A DNA stretch of 64,000 bases from the human T2T-CHM13v2.0 reference genome, Homo sapiens, in the NCBI GenBank assembly GCA_009914755.4, contig CP086569.2, positions 11,520,001-11,584,000 of the forward strand, given 5' to 3'. The position numbers and the translations under genes are program-made. Under the pieces are notes generated by a model. It saw only the letters and a program-made list of their open reading frames with translations. It had not been told where the DNA came from and ran no database searches. Below, piece by piece: positions 17,536 through 47,827 of the stretch (the stretch's first letter is position 1; each line of letters begins with the position of its first letter).

Positions 17536-18250
17536 GGTCGCGGGGTTGGGACGGTGTCAGGTCGGGGCAGGGCGGTGGCCTCTCTTTCGTGGGGAACACC
17601 TTGCTGGCTATGGAGGGGCGTGTCTTCCACCCGCCCCCTCCACTGGGCTGACCGGCCTGGGATTCCTGCCTTCTTGGTCTAGGCCCGGTAAGAGAATCCA
17701 TACAGCAGAGAACTGCCATTCTTTCCTGGGCATCCTGGGGATACCAGATCCGGCCCAGGTACAAACAGGTGGGCCACCCACTGCGCACGCGCAGGTTTGT
17801 GGGCAGCTGCCTGGGCTGTGGGAGCAGCCCGGGCAGAGCCCTCATGCCTTTCCACCACCCCACCCCCGCCTGACCAGACCCACCCCACCCCCACCCCCCA
17901 CCCACGGAAAATGCTTCCTCCCCTGGGCTGGTTGGAGAAACCCGTCCAGCGAAACACTGGGCCCCTGCAGCATCCAGTCCTGACAGCCCTCCGGAGGCTC
18001 GCCTTGTGTGCGCCTCCACGCCACCGTTGCCAGCCCGCGTGTGCCTCTGCAGCCTCCTAGCTGCCACAATGGATAGCCTGGCGGCGGAACGCAGACCTCT
18101 AGCTCTCTTTGCCGGCCTCCTGGCTAGACCTGCGCTCATTGCACACCCTGGCTGATGTGCAAGGAGCCCGCTCGCCTCTCTGTGCCCTTGTCCATCTGTG
18201 AAATTCTGGCTGAGGTTCTCCCAACACATTCCGACGCTCTTTAGTCAAAG

Positions 18251-21200
18251 TCTGGAGAATGGTTACATCTCCTGGATGATCGGTTCAGAAATATGTCCCA
18301 ATGCCCCCTCCCTCCGGAGCCTAGAGAAGATTTGCATCATTTGGGTGATCAGCGCAGAGATATATCACAATGTCCCATGTACAAAAAGCCTGGAAATGAT
18401 TTACATCACCTCGGTGATCAGTGCATAGGTATGTCAGATATCCCCAGTAGCCTGAACCTAGACAAGGGTTACATCACTTAGGTGATCAGCATAGAGATAT
18501 GTGAAAATTCCCGTCTAGACACAGCCTAGAGAAGTGTTACATCACCTAGTGATCAGTGCAGGAATAAGTTGTAAAGCATCCTGTAGGTAGAGTGTAGACA
18601 ACTGATTCCTCCCTGGGGTGACCAGTGAAGAGATATGTCACAAAGCCCCTGTAAGCAGAACCTTGACAACGGTTACATCACCTGTTTGATCAGTGGAAAT
18701 GTATATCACAAATTCTCCTGTAGGCAAAGCACAGACAATTGTTACATCACCTGGGTGAGCAGTGGAGAGATCTGTCACAATGCCCCTGTAGGCAGAGCTT
18801 AGACAAGGGTTACATCACCAGGGTGATCAGTGCAGAGATATGTCAAAACTCTCCTGTAGACTGAACCTAGACAGGAGTAACATCACCAGGGTAATCAGTG
18901 CAGAGATATGTGAGAATATCCGTGTAGGCAGAGTCTAGAAAAGTGTTACATCACCTAGGTTATCCGAGCAGGTATAAGTCATACAGTCTCCTGTAGGCAG
19001 AGAGTAGACAAGAGTTCCCTCCCCAGGGTGATCAGTGCAGAGATGTATCACAAAGCCCCTGTAGGCAGAGCCTAGACAACAGTTTCATCACTTGGTTGAT
19101 CAGTTCAGAGATGTGTCACAATGTCCATGTAGGCAGATCTAAGACAAGAGTCCATCACCTGGGTGATCAGTGCAGAGAGATATACCAATGTCCTCTGTAG
19201 GCAGTGGCTAGACAAGAGTTGCATCACTTCAGAGATGAGTGCATAGATATCTCACAAAGCCTTCTGTAGGCAAAGCCCGTACAAGGCTTGCATCACCTAG
19301 GTGATCAGTGCAGTGATATGTCACAAAAATCCCTGTAGACAGAGCCTAGACAAGACTTACATCACCTGGGTGATCAGTGCAGATATTAGACACAATGCCC
19401 CCATAGACAGAGCCTAGACAAGACTTCCATCACCTGGGTGATCAGTGCAGAGATATGTCACAAACCCCCTCTAGGCAGAGTATAGAGAAGAGTCCCATCA
19501 CCTGGGTGATCAGTGCAGAGATATTTCACAATGCCCCCTGTAGGCAGAGAGAGGATAAGAGTTACATAACCTAGGTGATCTGTGCAGACCTATGTCAAAA
19601 CGCCCCTGTAGGCAGAGCCTAGATAAATGTTACATCACCTGGGTGACCAGTGTTGAGATACGTCACAATACCCCCTGTACGTAGAGCCTAGACAAGAGTT
19701 ACATCACCTGGGTGATCAGTGCAGAGGTATGTCACAAAGCCCCTGTAGGCAGAGCCTAAACAAGACTTACATCACCTGGGTGATCAGTGCAGAAATATGT
19801 TACAATACCCCCTGTAGTTGGAGCCTACACAAGAGTTACATCTCCTGGGTGATCAGTGCAAATATATGTCACAAAGTCCCCTGTAGACAAATCCCAGAAA
19901 AATGTTACATCACCTGGGTGATCACTGGAGGTATCTGTCACAATTCCCCTTTAGGCGCAACTTAGACAAGTGTTACATCACATGAGTGATCAGTGCAGAG
20001 ATATGTCACTATGCCCCCATAGGCAGATCCAAGACAAGAGTCCATCACCTGGGTGATCAGTGTAGAAATATGCCACAATGCCGCCAGTAGGCAGATATAG
20101 ACAAGAGTTACATCACCTGCGTGATCACTGCAGAGATATGTCACAATGCCCCTGTAGGCAGAGCCTAGACAAGAGTCCCATCACCTGGGTGATCAGTGCA
20201 GAGTTATGTCACAATGCCGCCTTTTGGCAGAGCCTAGACAAGGGTTACATCACCTGGGTGATCAGTGCAGAGATATGTCACAAGCCTCCTGTAGCCAGAT
20301 CTTAGACAAGAGTTACATCAGCTGTGTGATCAGTGCAGTGACATGTCACAATGTCCCTGTAGCCATATCCTTGACAAAAGTGACATCACCTGGGTGATCA
20401 GTGCAGAGATATGTCACAATGTCTCCAGTAGGCAGAGTCTGGACAAGAGTTACATCACCTGGGTGATCAATGCAGATATTTGACACAATGCCCCCATAGA
20501 CAGAGGCTAGACAAGACTTCCATCACCTGGGTGATCAGTGCAGAGATATGTCACAAGTCCCCCTCTAGGTAGAGTATAGAGAAGAGTCCCATCACATGGT
20601 GATCAGTGCAGAGATATTTCACAATGCGCCCTGTAGGCAGAGAGTGGAGAAGAGTTACACAACCTAGGTGATCTGTGCAGAGCTATGTCTAAACACCCCT
20701 GTAGGCAGAGCCTAGATAAATGTTACATCACCTGGGTGATCAGTGCAGAGATACGTCACAATGCCCCCTGTAGGTGGAGCCTAGACAAATGTTCCATCAC
20801 CTGGGTGATCAATGCAGAAATATATCACAAAGCCCCTACAGGCCGAGCCTAGACAAGGGTTACATCTCCTGGGTGATCAGTGCAAACATATGTCACAAAG
20901 CCCCCTGTAGACAAATCCCAGAAAATTGTTACATCACCTGGGTGATCAGTGTAGATATCTGTCACAATTCCCCTTTAGGCGCAGCTTAGACAAGTGTTAC
21001 ATCACATGAGTTATCAGTGCAGAGATATGTCACTATGCCCCCATAGGCAGATCCAATACAAGAGTCCGTCACCTGGGTGATCAGTGCAGAAATATGCCAC
21101 AATGCCGCCGGTAGGCAGATATAGACAAAAGTTACATCACCTGCGTGATCACTGCAGAGATATGTCACAATGCCCCTGTAGGCAGAGCCTAGACAAGAGT

Positions 21201-22118
21201 TCCATCACCTGGGTGATCAGTGCAGAGGTATGTCACAATGCCCCCTTTTGGCAGAACCTACACAAGGGTTGCATCACCTGGGGGATCAGTGCAGAGATAT
21301 GTCGCAATACCCCCTGTAAGCAGAGCCTAGACAAGAGTTACATCACCTGGGTGATCAGTGCAGAGATATGTGACGAGGCCCCTTTAAGCAGAGCCTAGAC
21401 AATAGTTACATCACCTGAGTGATCAGTGCAGAGATCTGACGCAATGCCCCTTTAGGCAGAGCTTAGACCAGAGTTACATCACCTGGGTGATCAGTGCAGA
21501 GATATGTCACAATGCCCCCACAGGCAAATCCAAGACAAGAGTCCGTCACATGGGTGATCAGTGCAGAAATATGTGACAATTCCCCCAATAAGCAGAGCCT
21601 ATAGAAGAATCCCATCACCTGGGTGATCAGTGAAGAGATATTTCACAATGCCCCTGCAGGCAGAGCGTAAGCAATAGTTGCATCACCTAGGTGATCAGTG
21701 CAGAGAAATGTCACAAGGCCCCCTATAGGCAGAGCATGTACAACAGTTAAATCACCTCGGAGATCAATGCAGTGATATGTCACTATGCCCCGTAGGCAGA
21801 ACCTAGTCAAGCGTTACATCACCTGGGTGATCAGTGCAGAGATATGTCACAAAGTCCCCATAAATAGAGCCTAGACAAGGGTCCCATCACCTGGGTGATC
21901 AGTGCAGAAATATGTCACAATGTCCCCATAGGCAGATCTAACACAAGAGTTACATCACCTGGGTGATAGGTGTAGAGATATGTCACAATGCCCCCATGGG
22001 CAGAGCCTAGAATAAAGTCCCATCAGCTGGGTGATCAGTGTAGAGATATGTCACAAAGCCCTGTAAGCAGAGCCTAGACAACTGTTACATCACTTTGTTG
22101 ATCAGTTCAGAGATGTGT
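18251..22118. repeat. Beta-satellite array C, about 57 monomers
   Basis: 68-bp monomers. Contains two copies of a multi-monomer block 1024 bp apart (ORF-track proteins at 19962-20397 and 20986-21398 are near-identical). Confidence 0.9.
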
Positions 22119-22734
22119 CATGCTGACTGTTTTCTCCCGGAGCTCTGCGGGCACCCGGAAACATGAAGGGAAGGGTTGAAGACCGGCATGGTGCCTTCTC
22201 TCTCATTGCCAGTTTCCAAACCGGTCACACTGCAGACTCCCCATGTTGCCGCACACGGGAATCCATCGTCAGGCCATCACTCCGGGGAGGCATCTTCTCT
22301 CTGGGGTCTCCCTCTGGTCTCCTACGTGGAAATAAACCAGAGCCACAAGCCTGCCTGTGTGAGACTGTCCCGGCAATGGCGACAGCCACAGGCACTGCCT
22401 CCTTCACGGAGAGAGGGTCTGGAACACTCAGGACTCCCACGAAAGTTCAGTTCCACACTCCCCTCCACCCACCCAGGCCAGTTTCTCCCTGCTGAAGACT
22501 CATGGGAGCCCAGAGAGCGGCTTCCAGTTCCTGCTGGATTCCTGGAGAGGTCCGGAGAGCCAGCCCCCAAAACGCGCCCCCTTCAGCACTTCCCCCTCGC
22601 CCCCTTCCTCTTCGTGTCTCTGGACCCACCCACGCCCTCCTCCCCCACCCCACCAGCCCCCGGCCGCAGGCCGCGACGCCCTGAGACCCTTCTGGGGTGT
22701 GTCAGGCTGTTACTGGGCTCACCGCCATTCATAA

Positions 22735-24174
<1,440 letters not shown>

Positions 24175-24900
24175 GATGCATTGTTGGGACGGGGTCGGGT
24201 CGGGGCAATGCGGTGGCCTCTCTTTCGTGGGGAACACCTGTCTGGCTATGGAGGTGCGTGTCTTCCCCCCACCCCCTCCACCAGACTGACTGGCCTGGGA
24301 TTCCTGTCTTCTATGTCTAGGCCCGGTGAGAGACTCCAAACAGCGGAGAACTGCCATTCTTTCCTGGGCATCCTGGGGATCCCAGAGCCGGCCCCGGTAC
24401 CAGCAGCTGGGCCGCATACTGCACATGTGCGGGTTTGCGGGCAGCCGCCTGGGCTGTGGGAGCAGCCTAGGCAGAGCTCTCATGCCTTTCCACCACCACA
24501 CACCAGCCTGACCACCCCCTCACGAACCGCACCCGCCACACCCGGAAAATGCGTCCTCCCATGTGCTGGGTGGAGACCACCGTCCCGCGAAACACCGGGC
24601 CTGTGCAGCGTCCAGGCCTGACACCCCTCCAGCTGCTCGCTTCCTCTGCGCCTCCGCGCCACCGTCGCAGGCCCGCCCGTGCCCCTGGAGCCTCCCAGCT
24701 CCCACCATGGAGTGCCTGGAGGCAGAACGCAGACCTCTAGCTCTCTTTGCCGGCCTCCTGGCTAGACCTGCGCTCATTGCGCACCACGGCTATTGTGCAA
24801 GGGAGCCTGCTGGACTCTCTGTGCCCTTGTCCATCCGTGAAATTCCAGCTGAGGCTCTCCCAACACCTTCCGACGCTCTGTAGTCAGAGCCTGGAGAATA

Positions 24901-35655
<10,755 letters not shown>

Positions 35656-35790
35656 TGTCAAATCCTGGAGAATACTTATATCTCCTGGATGATCGGTTCA
35701 GAAATATGTCACAATGCCCCCTCCCTGCGGAGCCTAGAGAAGATTTGCATCATTTGGGTGATCAGTGCAGTGATATATCACAATATTTTC
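35656..35790. repeat. Two terminal beta-satellite monomers after copy 4, then transition to unique AT-rich sequence
   Basis: ...ctggatgatcggttcagaaatatgtcacaatgccccctccctgcggagcctagagaagatttgcatcatttgggtgatcagtgcagtgatatatcacaatattttcac, then non-repetitive sequence. Confidence 0.7.
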
Positions 35791-36329
35791 ACTTATTTAT
35801 TTTTTATAAGGTAAATCAAATGTTCCAGAACCACTAATGAGCATCAGTCATTTCCTCTAGTTGAGCTGCAATGCCAATATCAAGGGCCATATACTGTTTA
35901 TCAAGTTTCTATTTATGTTCCAGTTTAATCTTATGAGACCACCGCAGTGTAGATGGTGGACTAGTTGACTGAAATGTGTTACATTGGGCTTGACTGTTTA
36001 TATTTGAAAATATTTGGGAGTTGAATAATTTTAAGGAATTACTGATAACTTGGTGTGAAAGGATAAGGGAATTTTGGTCATGAAAGAAAATGGCCTTAGT
36101 TTTTGAATATGCAGGCTTAAGTATACACAGGCAAATTAGCATGATGCCTATAATTTACTTTTATTTCAAATTGAAATATTACATAAAGAAAACTTGACAA
36201 AATATTAACAATTAATTGGATTTAGGTGGTGGTTATGTGGGTGTCCATTTTTTCTACCTTTCTGTAGGCTCCAATGTTTCATAATTAAAAGGGAAAAAAC
36301 GGGGCCACAAGAGAAGGTACAATTAAACA

Positions 36330-39480
<3,151 letters not shown>

Positions 39481-39501
39481 AGATACAAAAAAACTTTATA
39501 A

Positions 39502-39842
<341 letters not shown>

Positions 39843-40147
39843 CTTATTTATTTAAATACTATAAACACTAATATCATACACATGGTTAACTGGTTGTAAT
39901 TTTCAAATTATATTAATAAATTTTTATAAAAACTTTTATAAATAAAACACATAAAATTTCAAATAAATAACAACATCTGCCACACTACCTTAAAACGGCG
40001 ACTATTTCAGTATAATAAACATATATCACAGACACTTAGAGAAAGTTCAATAAATAAAGAATAAAAAGAATAGGTACAACAATTTTCCTCCTAATCAAAA
40101 ACACAATTCCTCATTTTGAAAATTATTTATTATATCTCTTTTATTAA

Positions 40148-40525
<378 letters not shown>

Positions 40526-41928
40526 ATTTTTATTTTTTTATAAGTGACAATGAGATGTCTTCATTATTTAAATAGTAGTCAAAACACTGGCACAGTTTAA
40601 ATTTTTAGAATTTGAGTACTAGAATTACAATATTTGAAAATGGAGTCTGTACTTTGCTGTAAAACTATAAAGAGAAAATATCACTAAAACAGTAGCTATT
40701 TTATCTTTTCCCAGAGTTATTCTCCCAGAGTGTATTTTCTAAGTTATTTCTCAGACGGTTTTAGAACTTTTGGCAGTTTCGGTGATATATTCTGTAAAAG
40801 CCCTTAGACTTAACAGGAATAACACATAGTTTTGATTGCCTTAAATTTTAATTGCTTCACTTGGCAAATTTATGTGCAAATTTCATATTCTGTGGTATTT
40901 TAATATCTTGCTTGTGGAGAAGAGGAAATAGATGAATGAAAGTAATATTCAGTCCTTGCATTGAGCTTTTGCCAAAGAAGTCTAAACAATTTCTAAAATG
41001 TCATTCAATAAGACCATTTTAGAAGTGTTTATATGACTCTTATAACTTTAAAATAAAGAGTCTTGAAGTAAATTAAAACTCACTTTGCTTGTGATGGGTT
41101 CTACATTAACATGGCAGATTTAATCAGCCAGAATTAAAAGGTAATTCTACATTACTAAGGAGAAGAAACTGCCACATGACAGTAGTCTCCAAATCTTTCA
41201 TTTTTGGAGGCCGCCTTTTATGCCTAGATTTTAAAATACTAATTGAAAAAAATATAGTTTACTTCCATTTGTGATTTAATTTTATTTCTATAAATAAAAA
41301 TATAGATAGTGTTTCATCTAAAAACTGCTAAATCAGACTTTCATTTTAAGGGCATGGCAGAAATAAGGAAAGACTAACTTGGTTCTATTAATTAACATAT
41401 TATTTATTCAGGCAGTCACCAAAACCAGAATTTAAAATCTATTCAGTTAACCCATTTAAAGTTGATGTGTTTTACTCCTTTTATTTTTCTTTTTGTAGTG
41501 ATCTTTCTAACTGAATTACTGGACATCATGGGGAGTTCTACTCCTCCTATTTGGAAACTTAGGCTATCTTACCAAGTTCAATATTCAAAGTTTTTCTTTC
41601 TGCCATTAAGTTTGTTTAATTTTATAGTAAGCTCAGTTTGTATTATGATATCAAATTCAGCCTGACGGATTACTTTAAACTTTCCTAGGGTATTTACAGA
41701 TTTAATTTGTTCTTACACTATGTAAATTCCAAGAGAGCATTCTTTTTAATATTATTTTTATTAAATTAACTTTGTAGTAAAAAGTCCAAGAAAAGCCCTG
41801 TACAGAAATCACATGTTTACTAAATCCTGGATTTTCTGTACAGTCCCTACATACTTCTACTTTAAAATTCTTCTGTCATGTGAAATAATTCATTAAAAGA
41901 AGCAGGCAGATGATGACAGGTAAACTTT

Positions 41929-42144
41929 TTAATGATGTTCTAATGTTGACAATTGCAGTTTTATTTTGCTTGGATCATAATGGCGTGTAAGCATTTTAGG
42001 CCCCAGAATGCCCATAAGTAGAGCTCCATTTGGAGCTGTGATCATGATGGCTAAAAATGCTACTGTCATCACATCCTTCGCATATGTTTCCAAGTGGGGT
42101 GTGGAGACTCTTGCTGTTTCTAGAGCCAGAGGACCTAACACAGC
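41929..42144 (-). CDS. SLC9B1: SLC9B1-like (NHA/NHEDC, CPA2 Na+/H+ antiporter family) terminal coding exon with stop codon
   Basis: Minus strand: acceptor ccctaaatgtag, then AVLGPLALETARVSTPHLETYAKDVMTVAFLAIMITAPNGALLMGILGPKMLTRHYDPSKIKLQLSTLEHH, then TAA (41929-41931). Homologous to the SLC9B2 C-terminus (..AAIGSVALDTAR..DVLTVAFLSILITAPIGSLLIGLLGPRLL). Phase 0 start matches the upstream exon. Possible polyA signal (tttatt on + strand) at 41757-41762. Confidence 0.7.
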   Translation of the reverse strand, partial: AVLGPLALETARVSTPHLETYAKDVMTVAFLAIMITAPNGALLMGILGPKMLTRHYDPSKIKLQLSTLEHH

Positions 42145-44867
42145 CTACATTTAGGGGTAAAAATGGGGCATAAAGAAAAATATTAAACTGAGTTAATATA
42201 TAATGTAAATGGCTCTGTTAAAATAAACAAAATCTAGTACTAGACTATTAGAAAAAAAAGGACTCAGTAATTTTCATAAGTTACTCATCAGTTCCATGTT
42301 CTTCCTAGGAAATATATGTGGAGGAAGAGTACAATAGTGACAAATCAGCATGCAAACATTTTTGGGCTGATTTTGCACTCTTGTCCTCTCAGTGTTCCTC
42401 TATTGAAATATCTCTTTTGAGTGTTGCCCTCATAACACCAGGAGTTCTAATGAAGCCGGTTTTGCTTAGTTGCCTTTATTGTGTACCAGTGGTTTTTGAC
42501 TACAAGAAGACAAAATAAAATATTAAGTTTTCTTATGGTTCTCTAGGATTTGTTGCCCTTCTTTTCATTGTTCTCCTTATTCAGGGGGCACTGGGTTATA
42601 GCAGAACTGACAGCAGGCTTGGAATCTAGCAAACTGGGTTTGAATTCTATTTTTGCTGCAACCAGGCTAGTGACCTTGTACAAATGACTCACACTCTTAC
42701 TTGTACATGTACTTACTTACATGTAAAACGAAGAACAAAATATTTATCTTACTGGACGGTTGTGAAAATTAAATATGAGAATGTGAAGAATACCTGGCAC
42801 AGAGTAGGTATTCAGATAGTAGTAAGTTTCTTTCTCCTTCACTCCTCATCCCCTGCCAGGTCAGAGAATGAGTTCCTTTGAAGTTTTTGTTTTAGAATGA
42901 CTCTACTGGGTCACAAGTTTTTTTCCCTAGTTACCTTCTACCATATTATTTTTAATAACATAAAGCAAATTTCTTGCTAACTCTCTTTCCTTGTGTTTAA
43001 TAACTAGGGATGAAATTGCCTTAAAATTTGGGGGAATTAAATACCAATATATAACATATTTTCTATGGAGTTGCAAAGTAACAACATAATGGTAGAAACA
43101 TTACCTCTGATATGGAACATTATGGCAAAAGAACCCCTCAATTTAAGATCAATTTATATATCCTAAATCAATAATTTAAAATGGTATTATTTTTATATCA
43201 TAACTTTAAATGTACTGAACATGATCCAGTGTGCTGGAGGATGCTAGGGAGAAAGAAATAATCATGCAGAAAACCACCTTGAAAGAATCTTACAGTTTAG
43301 AAGAGGATTTGAACATAAAAGAACTGCCAACAGAAAAAAACAAAAACAAAAACCAAACCCATTGACTTTTAAGAGATGATGACGATAATGGTGAAACTAG
43401 AAATAATATTTTTATAGTTATATGGCATTCATCATATGTCAGGTATCATTCTTAAAGCTTTCCATTTATCAATTCATTTAATTCTTATGACAACCTTATT
43501 ATGTGAGGACTTTTATTAGATGATAAATGATTTCCTCCTAGTGACTGAGATTTAATATTATTTCTTCAAAAAAATCCAATTACCAAGCTGATCTTACATT
43601 TGTAAACTAAATTATTTATTTAATCTCCTAATAGCTTCTATTTTTCCAGTCCAATTTTTATCAGTAACTCAAAACTGAGGAACAAGAGAAAGCTGAATCT
43701 TAGCCAATTTTATTTTAGCAGCAGAGAATGGCAGAAGAGGATAAAGGTGAAAATAATTTAAAATTGAAATTTAAATATTTGTTGATTGTATTTACTCATG
43801 ACATTATTGTTATCTATTATTGCTGTTGTGACTCTACTTGTATAAATAATTAATTTTTTATGTCTTGCCAGTTTCTGGGACCAGCTTGATATTCTTTGTG
43901 TAGAAGCTAGCCTGGAGCCAGCAGACAGGAATAGGCAGAAGCAGAATAATACTGCAGGACTCAAGTGAGTGGTCTCTTTCCTCATACCTGCTTTTCTTTT
44001 TTCCCTGCTTTATGAAAATTATGAAATAATGAAACAAAATTGCAAGAGTATTGTTGGAAGGAGAGAGAACAGATACTCCTTTTGTAGATTTATTATTCCC
44101 TACAGTAGACATTAAAAATAAAAGTTATTTATATTACTTGGAGGTAAGATAAAATAACAACATTGTTTGCTAACTGAGCACCACCATATGCCAGAGAGAG
44201 TGCTAAGCACTTTACGTAGATTATCTCATTGAGTCCTGACAACACTGCTAAGAAACAGATACAGTCATAGACTTCATTGTAAGATGAGAACACTGAAGAA
44301 CTGATAAACTAGAAAATAATTTTCCTGAGGTTATAGGCAAGTAACATGGTATTTGAAACAGGTAGTCTGGCTCTATGAACCTGCTTTTCTAACATGATAA
44401 TAGAGGTTTTTTTGCATGAAAATTTAGGAGCTTCTGTTTTAGAATAACAACTAAGAAAACAGCCACAGGAAATTAAGGTATATTATGTTGCCAAGTTAAA
44501 CAGTCTAACAAGAAGTAGCCATATATTTTAGTAGGAGGAGAATATCCTTGAATAACAGGGCAAAATTACAAGGTTTCCCTTTCCGTTCATTCATACTTGT
44601 AGGCATGCAATACGTATTTGCCTCCTGCATGTCAGGCACTGTGTTAAGTGCCAGGGAGAAATAATGAAAAACAACTGCAACTACCAGACACTGTCCCTGT
44701 CCTTAAGTAGTCTATCAAGGGGGCGGGGGCAGGGGTTTAGCCATTAACCAAATAGTATACAAATAAATGTGTAATTAAAAATATATGTGCATTTGTGTGA
44801 TGGAGTGAGTGGCAAGGTAGGAAAAGTATTTTTTAAAAAATCAATGTGTCTCCATTTTACTTTACTT

Positions 44868-45163
44868 TTTTTTTTGCGACAGGATCTCACTTTGTCACCC
44901 AAGCTGGAGTGAAGTGGCATGACCTCAGCTCACTGCAGCCTCAACCTCCTGAGTTCAAGCAATCCTCCTGCCTCAGCCCCCAAGTAGCTGTGACTACAGG
45001 TGCGTGCCACCACACCTGACTAATTTTTTTGTATTTTTTGTAGAGACGGGGGTTTTACCATGTTGCCCAGGCTGGTCTTGAACTCCTGAGCTCAAGTGAT
45101 CTGCCTGCCTCAGCCTCCAGAAGTGCTAGGATTACAGGCATGAGCCACCATGCCTGGTCTGTG
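44868..45163 (-). mobile_element. Alu SINE, minus orientation (intronic)
   Basis: ttttttttttgcgacaggatctcactttgtcacccaagctggagtgaagtggcatgacctcagctcactgcagcc...gattacaggcatgagccaccatgcctggtc. Confidence 0.85.
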
Positions 45164-45365
45164 TCTCTACTTTTTAAAATCATAACATTCAGCTTTGTTA
45201 TATTCAGCAACATATAAAAACTCTAATTTTCAGATATATTCTTATTATGTATTTTAGGAAAATAAAAAACATATTTTCATAAACTTAGGAAGTACTTATT
45301 GAAACAATACCTTTTGATTTCAAATAGGGGTTGCTTTTAAAACTGAGATTTCAAATGTTATGTTG

Positions 45366-46165
<800 letters not shown>

Positions 46166-46317
46166 GTTACGTTAATTTTAATGAATAGTTATGATCAATC
46201 AAACATTTAAAAATAAGGATAATAGCTCATATTTTGTGATTGGAGTAACATTTTTCATTTTAAATTTTAAAAGCATCAAAATGAAAGCATTAAGCAATAG
46301 GCTTAATATGTTCTTAC

Positions 46318-46454
46318 CTGTACTGTAGCTTTGGGCATCCATGCTAAAGCAATAAATATTTTCTCCTTAAAACTAAAACCAGCAAAGCACATCAATAGAT
46401 ATATGTTTAAAATTCGAACACATAATGCCAAACTCAGAGTGGAAACAGATATGC
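46318..46454 (-). CDS. SLC9B1: SLC9B1-like coding exon (137 nt) with the conserved CPA2 motif AWMPKATVQ
   Basis: Minus strand: acceptor ttgttttcatctgttgtag, then (G)ISVSTLSLALCVRILNIYLLMCFAGFSFKEKIFIALAWMPKATVQ, then donor gtaag. Phase 2 start is consistent with the upstream exon. Compare SLC9B2 ..LCVATLGIAVLIRILTTFLMVCFAGFNIKEKIFISFAWLPKATVQ. Confidence 0.75.
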
Positions 46455-46721
46455 CTACAACAGATGAAAACAAACATAAATAACAAAATATTTGTGAAGA
46501 AATGTTCTTTATGCCCAGGAATATGATTTCTAAGACTTTTGAAAGCATTTTAAGGCTTTTTTCTCTTCATGTGTTTAATTTTTACATAAAACAATGATAA
46601 TAAAAAATGAATATGATGGAGGATTCTCTGTAAAGTGCAAGACAGTATCTGATGGTGGAGGTACCATGAAAAATAAGGCAGATGACATTTATACAATTCT
46701 GAACTAATAGACTTTTTTTGA

Positions 46722-47037
<316 letters not shown>

Positions 47038-47341
47038 AATAGTTTTCAATGAAAGTATTCAAAAAGTGCTGATCGTATCAAATATGCTCCCTCAGAAAAG
47101 AAATCTTATATTTATTTCCTTAGATAACTCAGGGAAGATATTCAAGGCTGTCCTTGGTTTAAAAAAAAAGAGCACACAGTGTAAAGGAAGAGCAATATGA
47201 AAATATGACACTGTATCAACATGTGTTTCTGAAGAAGGTCCTTGTAGCCATTCAAAGATATATTGTAAATAAAAATAAATGTATTTATAACTTTTTAAAT
47301 ATTTTTGAATTTCATATTTTTTGTGCTCTAATTATTCTTAC

Positions 47342-47450
47342 CAACAATATTTGATTCAAGCAATGAAACAGATACTTCTGCTCCAACTAAACCAAAAAGA
47401 AGTGGTTGAAAAATATCCCATACATTTGTAATAATCTTTTGGACTTTCAT
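47342..47450 (-). CDS. SLC9B1: SLC9B1-like coding exon (109 nt)
   Basis: Minus strand: acceptor ttttctatag, then MKVQKIITNVWDIFQPLLFGLVGAEVSVSLLESNIV(G), then donor gtaaga. Compare SLC9B2 LEKVEDIIAVAWDVFQPLLFGLIGAEVSIASLRPETVG. Phase 0 start, ends with +1 nt completed by the GC of the next exon. Confidence 0.75.
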
Positions 47451-47526
47451 CTATAGAAAAGAGAAAAACATTTTTAATTATTTTGGCACATAAATATATT
47501 TCAGAAAGTTAAAGTCTCCCTCACCT

Positions 47527-47827
47527 TTTTTTTTTCACTTTTTAAGTATTTTAGAGATGGGGTCTTGCTCTGTTGCCCAGGCTGGAGTGTAGTGTCATAA
47601 TCATAGCTCACTGTAGCCTTGAACTCCTGGGCTCAAATGATCCTCTCACAGTCTCCGAAGTAGAACTACAGGTGTGTACCACCATGCTGGGCTAATTTTT
47701 AAATTGTTTATCTAGATGGGGCCTCGCTATATTGCCCAGGATGGTCTAGAACTCCTATCTTCAAGTGGTCTCTGGCTGTGGCCTCCCAAAGCACTGGCAT
47801 TATGGACATGAGCCACCATGCCTGGCC
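47527..47827 (-). mobile_element. AluJ-like SINE, minus orientation (diverged)
   Basis: ttttttttttcactttttaagtattttagagatggggtcttgctctgttgcccaggctggagtgtagtgtcataatcatagctcactgtagcc...attatggacatgagccaccatgcctggcc. Confidence 0.8.

Noticed and set aside
43758-44112. Minus-strand ORFs 43758-43985 and 43858-44112 between SLC9B1-like exons
   Set aside because: No similarity to SLC9B or CPA2 proteins. The flanking exons (46318 and 42144) already join in phase with contiguous homology (..KATVQ|AVLGPLALETAR..), so these are intronic noise.
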